Origin: Chrysochromulina tobinii
Taxonomy: Eukaryota
Assembly (NCBI GenBank): GCA_001275005.1
Contig: JWZX01003367.1
Location: 1-35,441, forward strand
DNA: 35,441 nt
Direction of reading: 5' to 3'
Shown here: positions 1-8,201 of the stretch, piece after piece
How positions within the stretch are numbered: the stretch's first letter is position 1
Layout of the letters: the number at the start of each line of letters is the position of its first letter
Translations under genes and position numbers: made by a program
Notes under the pieces: model-generated
What the model saw: only the letters and a program-made list of their open reading frames with translations
The model's database searches: none
Told to the model about the DNA's origin: nothing

Positions 1-486
1 GACACATACAACACAACACGTGAGCCACAACCAGGCGAGCGCACGTGCGCCCACGTGTCTAGGCGCGCGTCAAAGTGGACCATGTCTCTCATGGCTTACA
101 CGCTATACCGGGTTCGTATTCGCGCTGCGCGAGGACCTCTAACCCTCTCACAGTCGCTCCTCGGCTCAAATCTCAGTTCACACACGTCCTCCCTTGTCCG
201 ACGAACGCGAAGTCGAAGATGAATAGATGTCACGCTCCGGGTGCGCGCGATCAGTTCGGGTTCAGATACGGCGCGGCAAGCACAAACACCCGGCCCGCCC
301 TTCGCGGGTGGCGGCCCTGCCCCGCTCGTGCGTGCCAGGGATCGAGATGGCACCGTGTGAATGGTCGCCTGGGGCCCGTTGCCCAGCCAGGGCACCACCG
401 CCAGGCGCAACGTCCTCGTCTCCACCTCAATGCCCCACGTGCACGCTCTTCTTCCTCAGCAGGAGAGCCGTGAGGCCCTAAACTCT

Positions 487-1102
487 CTACAGATTCTTCT
501 TCTCCTCTTCCACGAGGACCTCTTCAGCCTCATCGGGCTTGTCCTCCTGCTTTTCCGCGGCCGGCGCCGCCGTTTTCTTCGCTGGCGCGTCTGCCACCTT
601 AATGCCAACGACCGCCTGGCCCTGGACGGTGACCCAGTCGATCAGTTGGGTGAGGTCATCGGCCGAGATGTTGCGAACACGCTTGACGACGAACTCCGTC
701 TTCTCGTCGATATACGGCGCCTTGGACTCGATGGCGGGCTCGATGTACTTGGTCCACACCTTATGAGCACCGTCAAAGTAGTTAGGCTGGAGCCACTGCG
801 AATCAGTAGGCAGGCGCGCAGAGGGTTAGCGCCTCTGGAGGGCTGCGCGGGCAGGTCTTCACTGCACTTACCACCACGAAGAGGATCTTGAACTCGTACC
901 AGAACGGACACCAAAAGGCAAACAGGAAATCCAGAATGAACTCGGTAGCCGAGAAGAGACTGAAGACGATCCAGTACGGCATCCATTTCGCATTGTCTGC
1001 GTCCTTGTCCTTTGTTGAGCGGAGCGTCTTGAAGGAGCCGTACACGGGGTAGATGACGCCGAGGAGAAGCTCCATCGTCCCGCCAAGGTACATGCCCAGC
1101 AT
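487..1102 (-). CDS. TB2/DP1/HVA22 (REEP/Yop1) family ER-shaping protein; join(872..1102,487..795), 179 aa
   Basis: Exon 1 encodes GVIYPVYGSFKTL...KWMPYWIVFSLFSATE...WCPFWYEFKILFVV, the HVA22/REEP signature. A 76-nt intron (796..871; GTAAGT...CTGAT..CGCAG) joins it in frame to WLQPNYFDGAHKVWTKYIEP, restoring the family W-L-x-P...GA..vy...i.P motif. Confidence 0.92.
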
Positions 1103-1352
1103 GTTTCCGCGTGTACTCAAGACGTTTGTATGGATGGATTCACGAGGGCCGGAGGAATCTCGCACTGATCACACTCTGTTCACCCCCCATCATCGTGAAC
1201 AGACCGTTTGAACCGTAACTCTCACCGCTTTAAGATTCCGGCTGTGGTTTCACCGTCACAAGAAAGCCCAAGTGTCCGCGACCATCGCGCCGCGCTCGCT
1301 CGCCCGACAGCGTATAGCCTCAGGCCGTCACTACCACGGTCGCCTTCGCACT

Positions 1353-2552
1353 ATGTTTTCCATCCTGGCGCTCATCACGATGGCGCCGCCTTCAGAGCCC
1401 GCTCGTCAGCCAGTCATCCCACGTCGCATCCACTACTTCACGTGCCGCCCTGGCTACGAACAATGTCTTCAGGACGAACTGTCCCAGTCGAAATGGGCCA
1501 CGTCCGTGCATGGCACTGCATTGGTGCGAGCAGAGGCGCCAGAGCCGCAGAAGCTCGGTCACACACCAGACCCAGCATATGCACTGCAAGTGCTGCCGCG
1601 CGCATTCGAGGTCTCTGGCGCATCCATCAGAGTGCTCGCCGCCAACGTTGCTGACGCACTCCAAGCGTCTGATGACCTCCGCGAGCTGCTTTCAGCTGGG
1701 CCGCGGGGCAGCCTCGTTCTACACGCGCTGGTGCCAGACCTGCTACGCGGCGTGCCGAGCAAGAAAGCCAAGCTTTTGCGCCGCTGCGAGGCAGTAGCAG
1801 ATGAGGTGTGCGAGAGCTTACGCGTTCGATACCCGTGCGCGCGACGGCATCAGGCGACAGGCGCAGCTGACGGCGGCTGCGCCGCCGACGATTCGTACGC
1901 GCTGGTGCTTCAGCTCCTGCTCCTCGATCCTGAGAGCCTCGTCGTCTCACTCGAGCGTGCGCTTGAGCGGCCGGGTGGCCTCGGGCGCTGGCCCTCTTTG
2001 CTGCCCGCGGGGCTCGCTGATTCAGACGTGACCGATCGGCTGATGCCCTCGTCGGCGTATCGCAAGCTGATCGAGTCGTTCGCTTGTCTCGAGACGACTC
2101 CCGCTGCAAGCGCGCGTTGTGTCGACCTGGGTGCATGCCCAGGTGGCTGGACGGCGGCGCTGCGCCGGTACGGGTGCACCGTCACTGCAGTCGATCGCTC
2201 GCCCCTCGCTCCAGATCTGATGCAGGACGGGGCGGTCACGTTCGTGCAAGGAGACGCCTTCAGCTTCGAGCCGCCCACGCCCGTCGACTGGCTCGTGAGC
2301 GACGTCATCGCCTATCCGGAGCGCGTCAGTGAGCTCTTGGAGAGGTGGTGCACCCAGCGCTGGGCAACCCAGGCCGTGGTCACCATGAAATTCCAAGGCG
2401 ATCCCGACTGGGGCGCGCTACAACGCGCCGTCGGCGTGGCGGAGAAGGCGGGCTATGCGGTGCGCGTCAAGCACTTTTTCAGCAACAAGAACGAGGTGAC
2501 GCTGATGATGCGAGCATTGGATGGAGAGACCCGGAGAGAGAGCGAACGATAG
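1353..2552 (+). CDS. rlmM: RlmM-like 23S rRNA C2498 2'-O-methyltransferase (THUMP-like N-terminus + FtsJ/RrmJ domain), probably organelle-targeted
   Basis: N-terminal FTCRPGYEQCLQDEL resembles the RlmM start (CRPGFEKEC). SAM motif CVDLGACPGGWT, plus VTAVD and GDAF. K-D-K-E tetrad in YRKL / VSDV / TMKF / NEVT. First ATG is at 1353 (the ORF track starts at GTG 1272). Confidence 0.82.
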   Translation: MFSILALITMAPPSEPARQPVIPRRIHYFTCRPGYEQCLQDELSQSKWATSVHGTALVRAEAPEPQKLGHTPDPAYALQVLPRAFEVSGASIRVLAANVADALQASDDLRELLSAGPRGSLVLHALVPDLLRGVPSKKAKLLRRCEAVADEVCESLRVRYPCARRHQATGAADGGCAADDSYALVLQLLLLDPESLVVSLERALERPGGLGRWPSLLPAGLADSDVTDRLMPSSAYRKLIESFACLETTPAASARCVDLGACPGGWTAALRRYGCTVTAVDRSPLAPDLMQDGAVTFVQGDAFSFEPPTPVDWLVSDVIAYPERVSELLERWCTQRWATQAVVTMKFQGDPDWGALQRAVGVAEKAGYAVRVKHFFSNKNEVTLMMRALDGETRRESER

Positions 2553-2583
2553 TTTGCGCGCGACATTTTCAAGCGCGAAGAGA

Positions 2584-2926
2584 ATGTCGCTTGTCGGTGC
2601 GCCACGGAGCTTACGAAAACGCGCCTGCTGGCGACCGCACGGGCAACCGCCAGGTCGCGCACCACGTGAAGCGCGACGACCGCTTCGGCGGCGGCGACGG
2701 CACGGGCGGCTACAACCGCGTGCACGACTACCGCTCCAGCGGCGGCGGTGGCGGCGGCGGCGGCGGCAAAGGCGGCAAAGGCGGCGAGCGTGACAACCGC
2801 GGTGGTGACCGTGGTGGTGACCATGTCGGCTACTACCGCGGGCGCAACGACCATAGCCTCCGTGCGATACATGTACATGTATGGCTTCGACGGGCCAAGA
2901 GCCTCCGCTCCTTACGTGCCGTGTGA
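2584..2926 (+). CDS. Possible small Gly/RGG-rich protein (~113 aa) requiring removal of one base at ~2590-2592
   Basis: The frame LSVRHGAYENAPAGDRTGNRQVAHHVKRDDRFGGGDGTGGYNRVHDYRSSGGGG...DNRGGDRGGD has strongly C/G-ending codons but no nearby in-frame ATG downstream of the rlmM stop. ATG TCG at 2584 is one base out of frame. Confidence 0.4.
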
Positions 2927-2936
2927 ACGTTCACAC
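2921..2936. promoter_or_regulatory. Perfect 16-bp palindrome GTGTGAACGTTCACAC upstream of the CS-domain gene
   Basis: Read directly from the sequence; ends 76 nt before ATG 3013. Function is inferred only. Confidence 0.35.
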
Positions 2937-3012
2937 CTCTGGCGGGGGCTCTGGAAAAACGGGCCAAAACGATCGAGAAGTCTCTGCTCGAGAAGTCGTC
3001 GATCGTGACATC

Positions 3013-4668
3013 ATGCCGACCAACTACTCGAAATGGGACAAATACGCGGACTCGGACGACGATGAGAAACCCACGAAGGTTGCCGCGCAGCCAGCCCAGG
3101 ATCCAGCCTTGGACGCGTTTTACAAGCTCGATAGGACTGCATCAGTCAAAGACATCCAAGATACGATCGCTAAGATGTCTGCGGCAACCAAAGAGGAGCT
3201 CCTAAGGCACGAAAAGGGCGGGTTGCTCAAGCGGATGATGGAGCTCGATCCGAACAAAGAGTACAGCGAGGGCGAGATTTGGGGCAGATCGCCGGCGAAG
3301 CCAACGCCCGCTATGCCCAAGGGGGCTCCGGCTGCACGTTCTGCGCCCGTGCCGCCGCCGCCGCCACCGGCTCCGAGCAAGCCCACGACGACTGCCACCG
3401 CGGCATGCGCGACGCCTGCAAAGAAGGCATCCATCGACTACAGCAAGTTCAACGACTCCGCGCTAGACGACATTGACGACGACGAGCGGATCGTCGACAT
3501 CACCGACGCGCCACCTGCTCCTCCTCTGGCGACTGCATCCGGATCGGCGGCAGACATGCGGCCGATTGTGGGCGCGGGCGCGGCGGCGAAGTTGGCCGCA
3601 TCCAAATCGGCGGCCGCCGCGACCAGGGCCGAGATGCTCCAGAGCATGGGCGGCCATCGCATGTTCACCTTCGTGCGCTTACCGGCCGACTGCAGCCTGC
3701 CTATCGAGGAGCAGACGGGCTTCGACCTTTTGGATGGCGACGTGCTTCCACAGCTGCTCGCGCCACTCTTCAAATCGGAGGTCTCGCTCGACCCCGAGGT
3801 CGTCGCGCGCGAGTCCGCCGCGCGCTTCAAGGAGATGAAGAGCATCGCTGACGCGCATAGCAAGACGGCCGAGGAAGGCGCTAAGGAGGGCTCGGACGCG
3901 GACGGCGCGAGTGCGAAGTACGACCCGACCGGCGGGTTTGGGACGCCGTCGGCGAGCGAGTTGGACAGGCAGGCGAAGGGCGGGATCTGCGAGGCGTGGC
4001 CCCTTGCCAACCCGTCGGACCAGACCGACTGGATGGCGGTCAAGCTCTACATTGATGAGGTGGGCGCGCTGCGCCGGCGCGGGCGCAACCCACGCGCTGA
4101 GGCGCTGTGCGCGGCCGTTGGACAAGCTGACGTCGCCATTCACGGCGATGCATACGTCGGGCGCATTGAGTACTTTGGCAAGTGGCACACTGAGGAACGC
4201 AACATCGACTTCCGGATTGACGAACTCTCACATAACAGCCCGTGGGTGGCGCAGGCACTGAAGGTGAAGGAGGCGCGTGGCGATGCGGCGGCACAGGCCG
4301 CCGCCAACGGGCCGAACAAGAAGGCCCTCGCGTTCGCCTCGGGTGCGGACGAGCAAGGGCGGTACACGTGGTCGCAGACGCAAGAGGACGTCGAGGTGCG
4401 CGTTCTCGTGGGCATCCCGCTGGGGCCGGCCTCGCACCTCAAGAAGCGCCTCAAGGTGAGCTATGGACGTGGCGAGTCGCTCAAAGTGGCTGTGGACGGC
4501 GCGGCCGTGCTCGAGATCGAGAAGCTCTTTGACCGCGTGGCGCCCGACCAGTGCTCGTGGAGCCTTGATGAAGGCAAGGGGAGCACCGCGCTCGTGGTCA
4601 CGTTGGAAAAGGTCGACCCTCGCCCGTGGGTGGGACTCGAGCTGCCCACGCTCAAGCTCGCGCCGTGA
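3013..4668 (+). CDS. CS (p23/NudC-like) domain co-chaperone-like protein with Cdc37-like N-terminal motif
   Basis: C-terminal YTWSQTQEDVEVRV...LFDRVAPDQCSWSLD...LVVTLEK is a CS-domain signature. N-terminal MPTNYSKWDKYADSDDDE and internal IDYSKFND. Central globular segment LYIDEVG...NPRA...IHGDAYVGR. Single exon. Confidence 0.8.
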   Translation: MPTNYSKWDKYADSDDDEKPTKVAAQPAQDPALDAFYKLDRTASVKDIQDTIAKMSAATKEELLRHEKGGLLKRMMELDPNKEYSEGEIWGRSPAKPTPAMPKGAPAARSAPVPPPPPPAPSKPTTTATAACATPAKKASIDYSKFNDSALDDIDDDERIVDITDAPPAPPLATASGSAADMRPIVGAGAAAKLAASKSAAAATRAEMLQSMGGHRMFTFVRLPADCSLPIEEQTGFDLLDGDVLPQLLAPLFKSEVSLDPEVVARESAARFKEMKSIADAHSKTAEEGAKEGSDADGASAKYDPTGGFGTPSASELDRQAKGGICEAWPLANPSDQTDWMAVKLYIDEVGALRRRGRNPRAEALCAAVGQADVAIHGDAYVGRIEYFGKWHTEERNIDFRIDELSHNSPWVAQALKVKEARGDAAAQAAANGPNKKALAFASGADEQGRYTWSQTQEDVEVRVLVGIPLGPASHLKKRLKVSYGRGESLKVAVDGAAVLEIEKLFDRVAPDQCSWSLDEGKGSTALVVTLEKVDPRPWVGLELPTLKLAP

Positions 4669-5127
4669 GATGTGGCGCCCAAGGCCATGTGCTGGTCAGC
4701 GGCGTGGGTGACGAAAGAGAGACGACCCGATTCGCAGCCGTGCTCAGCAACATTTGGAGAGTTAGCAGTTACAGGTATACGGGTGTGCCGTGTGCGCCCG
4801 CCCGCTTCGCGCTGCGCGAACTTCGAGATCGGGACCGATTCGGCATTCGGCGGGCTCAGTGCATTGACAGTAAGGACAGACGCAGTAGCAATCGCAGTAA
4901 AATCGCAGTAGTAGCACACACTCCACAGTACGGTAGTAAACGGTAGTATTATGAAAACCTGTTAAATCATGCTGGTAGTGGTACTTGCGACGGCCGACGC
5001 GGTCCATGATGTGCTGAGAGAAGGAATTATTACGTGGCACCTATAAGTCAGTGCCCTCGGCGTGACGGCGTGGCACCGGCGCGCGCCATGGACCGCCTTT
5101 ATTTGTCCCGCGGCGCGGCGGTCTCTC

Positions 5128-5192
5128 AGAGAGAGAGGCCGACAGAGAGAAAGAGAGAGAGAGGGAGAGAGAGGGAGAGAGAGGGGAGAGAG
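5128..5192. repeat. Imperfect (GA)n microsatellite upstream of eIF3L
   Basis: AGAGAGAGAGG...GAGAGAGAGAGGGAGAGAGAGGGAGAGAGAGGGGAGAGAG. Confidence 0.85.
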
Positions 5193-5442
5193 CAGACTCT
5201 GTTCTGTGAGGGGAGAGTGTCTGTGTGAAGACGTTTTCGGCGCGACTGCGGTGTGAATGGCTGTGATAATAGGGGGTCCGGGGGTCCCCGAGCTAATGGT
5301 AACCGCATCCGTATGTACGCCGGTCCGGTGTCTTGGGTGTCGAATTATAAACATTGGCTGTGAATGGTGAACACCTCGATATCGTGATCGACCACGTGCC
5401 GAAGGTTGCCCTCCCTTGCCGCTCGTCGACGCTGTTGTGAGG

Positions 5443-7077
5443 ATGGACCTCGACCAGGAAGAGGAGATCGCCGTTGATGACCTGCCAAACTTCCGCTTCG
5501 AAAGCGCGAAGACCTTCGACGTCGAGCAGGCCGCGGCGGCCGCGCCCGACAGCTCCGCCACGAGCTGGGACGACACCGTGAAGCACTATGAGATGCCAGA
5601 CGTCATCCGCTCGTTCATTGTCTTCTTTCATAAGCAGGTGACCGACCGCAACGTGTACGAGGTGCATTCCATCTACGAGACATCTTTCAACAAGCTGAGC
5701 GACCGCTACTACAAGAACTCGGTGTGGCCCCCCGCTGAGGCCATCTCGCCGCTCGTCGACAGCGATCCGCAGTTCCTGCTCCTGTACAAGGAGCTCTACT
5801 ACCGGCATATCTACTCGAAGCTGCAGCCGACGCTCGAGCACCGCATCGAATCGTGGCGCAATTACTGCGCCATCTTCGACCTGCTGCTCGACGCCAAAAC
5901 GCCGCTCGCACTCGAGCTGCCCAACCAGTGGCTCTGGGACATGATCGATGAGTTCATCTACCAGTTCCAGACCTTTTGGCAGTACCGCGCGCGCCCGCGC
6001 TCGAGGACGGAAGATGAGCTCGCGCGGCTGAAAGAGATGCCCGAGACGTGGTCGGTGCTCAAGGTGCTCCACTACCTGCAGGCGCTCATCGACAAGTCGC
6101 ACATCCGCGCACACCTGCGCGGCGAGCCTTCCGCTGTGGGGAACCCCTTCGTGGCGAGCTCGCTGTACACGATGCTGGGCTACTTCTCGCTCGTGGGGCT
6201 GCTGCGCGTGCATTGCCTGCTCGCCGACTACCGGCTCGCACTCAAGGTGGTCGAAGATATCGATCTCGCGCGCAAGGGGCCTGCGCCGCACGGCCTGTTC
6301 ACACGCGTGACGCTCTGCCACATAACCATCTTCTACTACGTGGGCTGGTGCTACCTGATGCTCCGGCGGTACACGGACGCGATCAAGACCTTCTCAAACA
6401 TCCTGTTCTACATCGCGCGTACCAAGCAGTACCACACGCGCTCATACCAGTACGACCAGATCCTCAAGAAGAATGATCAGATGTATGCGCTGCTCGCGGT
6501 AGCCGCGTCGCTCTCGCCGCAGCACGCCCTCGATGAGAATTTGGTCTCGACGCTGCGCGACAAGTACGCGGACCGGATGAGCCGCATGCAGTCCAACGTG
6601 GTCGACCTCGCCTGCTTTGAGGACCTCTTCACCTTCGCTTGCCCGAAATTTATCTCACCAGTGCCACCGCCTCTTGACGATGAAGGCAAGACGTCCGAGA
6701 AGTACAACCCGCAGGAGGCCTTCCGGCTGCAGCTGCGCCTCTTCATGGTCGAGGTGGCGCAACAAAAGCTGCTACCCACGATCCGAAGCTATCTCAAGCT
6801 GTACACCACCATCGGCATCCCCAAGCTCGCTGCGCTCACAGAGGTCGAGGAGGCGACCTTCCGCGAGCACTTGCAATGCTTGAAGCACAAGACACATACA
6901 TTGTCGTGGGCGGGCGGCGCGCCTCTGACGGGCTCGTGGGCCTCGTCGGCGGAGGTCGACTTTTTCGTCGACGGCGAGGTTGCGCACGTCGCTGACACGA
7001 GCCTCGTGCGCAAGCACTCCGACTACTTTCTCAAGCAGATCAACAAGCTCGAGGAGATCATTTCGACGCTCAAGTGA
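5443..7077 (+). CDS. EIF3L: Eukaryotic translation initiation factor 3 subunit L
   Basis: Diagnostic blocks FLLLYKELYYRHIY, LELPNQWLWDMIDEFIYQFQ, LGYFSLVGLLRVHCLLADY, FACPKFISP and LPTIRSYLKLYTT. First ATG at 5443; TTATAAA at ~5345 is a possible TATA box. Confidence 0.97.
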   Translation: MDLDQEEEIAVDDLPNFRFESAKTFDVEQAAAAAPDSSATSWDDTVKHYEMPDVIRSFIVFFHKQVTDRNVYEVHSIYETSFNKLSDRYYKNSVWPPAEAISPLVDSDPQFLLLYKELYYRHIYSKLQPTLEHRIESWRNYCAIFDLLLDAKTPLALELPNQWLWDMIDEFIYQFQTFWQYRARPRSRTEDELARLKEMPETWSVLKVLHYLQALIDKSHIRAHLRGEPSAVGNPFVASSLYTMLGYFSLVGLLRVHCLLADYRLALKVVEDIDLARKGPAPHGLFTRVTLCHITIFYYVGWCYLMLRRYTDAIKTFSNILFYIARTKQYHTRSYQYDQILKKNDQMYALLAVAASLSPQHALDENLVSTLRDKYADRMSRMQSNVVDLACFEDLFTFACPKFISPVPPPLDDEGKTSEKYNPQEAFRLQLRLFMVEVAQQKLLPTIRSYLKLYTTIGIPKLAALTEVEEATFREHLQCLKHKTHTLSWAGGAPLTGSWASSAEVDFFVDGEVAHVADTSLVRKHSDYFLKQINKLEEIISTLK

Positions 7078-7532
7078 GATCTGCCGAGACGGGCCGGCGG
7101 GTGCGCACAGAACACGAGCTGCTGAGGGTCCTCGCGGATCCATAGATCGGGGGCGCGGTGTGACTTGGAGCCGCCCATCGCCCGTGCGCCCCTCGCCCTT
7201 CTGTATTGCGACTCGGGGGCCGCGCCTTGCACGCTCCCCGGGGGCCTCCGCCGTCCTGGCGACCGCGTCCATGGGCAGCGAGTCTTTAATGATCATGCAT
7301 GCGGTGTAGTGTGGATCTGAGGTTGGTCATGCACGCTGGAAAACCTTTGAGAGCGCACTTTCACTAGTGACACATGTGTACTAGCACCAGCATATCATGG
7401 CCGGGCGAAACATAGAATGTTGGGGACGGGGTTGGTGGCCACACTGCCCTCCGCATGACCCTATGTGTGCGCAGTCCGCGGCATGGCAACCTCCCGCCTA
7501 TCGCATCGTAGCACAGTTAGTCGTGTGCGCTA

Positions 7533-7934
7533 CTACTCGGCTGTCGCCGACTTCTTCGTGACGATCTCTGCGAGCACCGGCGGGGGGCGCAGGACAACCG
7601 TGAGAGAAGTGAGCTCCACAGCTCCACTCGAAACGGCATCCGTGACTCGCGAGCAGCAGGCAGCGGGTCATCAGTGCCACGCTTGGCCGACGCGCACTCA
7701 GCGCAGGCGGGCAGCTGGCGTCGTCGCATGCGGTGGTCGCCGCTTTCGTTTGATTGTGCGCAGCGTACCCGGCGTGCCACGCTTGCCGTTCGTCCACTGC
7801 ATCACACGCGCATGCATGTCGCTCTTGGCCATCGCCTTCGTCTTGGCGGGTTCCTTGAGCGCATTACGGACGTGGGTGGCGCACAGGTCAGCGTACTTGA
7901 GGTACGTCATGCCCACATTCTTCCAGGTGCTCAT
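7533..7934 (-). CDS. ATP5F1E: Mitochondrial F1 ATP synthase epsilon subunit; join(7769..7934,7533..7567), 66 aa
   Basis: MSTWKNVGMTYLKYADLCATHVRNALKEP...WTNGK matches the epsilon family (WR.AG.tY..Y...cA..vR.aLK). A 201-nt intron GTACGC...CTCAC...CGCAG (7568..7768) gives the C-terminus GTPEIVTKKSATAE followed by TAG TAG. Confidence 0.9.
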
Positions 7935-8201
7935 GGCGCCTGCGCATTCAGAGCAGAGGTGCGTGTGAGAGCAGAAGCGAATCAGTCCATCGGCCTTTGA
8001 CCCTTGGGGGGTCAGCCGAATGCCTGGCTCTATTGCGGCGCCTGACAGCTGGTGCGAAACGCCATCGCGCCGCTCCGAACGCGGGCCAAGCCGCCGACAG
8101 CAGAGAGGGCAAGGTGGAGAGTCGCATACGAAGCTAAAGCAGAAGCGTCTTCAGTGTGAATTGACTGTGAATACTCTTCCCGGCGCATGGAGTCCTTTGT
8201 T

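Noticed and set aside
75..481. Several 84-132 aa ORFs at the left edge
   Set aside because: No recognisable motifs or consistent codon bias; the region is probably HVA22 3' UTR and intergenic DNA.
1353..2552. Bacterial contamination or chimeric contig suggested by rlmM
   Set aside because: Flanked closely by intron-containing and eukaryote-specific genes with similar composition, and it has an N-terminal extension relative to bacterial RlmM.
4999..5096. C/D-box snoRNA (terminal stem plus ATGATGT)
   Set aside because: No CTGA D box adjacent to the 3' stem; the only CTGA follows the C-like box almost immediately.
5293..6321. 342-aa minus-strand ORF; likewise 10720..12012 (+), 25233..26687 (+), 27352..28329 (+), 31303..32463 (+) and 34520..35428 (-)
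   Set aside because: Antisense shadows of well-supported genes. High GC3 suppresses stops on the opposite strand and the translations lack any family motif.
7361..7384. Overlapping palindromes TCACTAGTGA / CTAGT(G)ACACATGTGTACTAG
   Set aside because: Isolated and short, in convergent 3' UTRs; no Helitron-type GC hairpin before CTAG and no second copy in the window.
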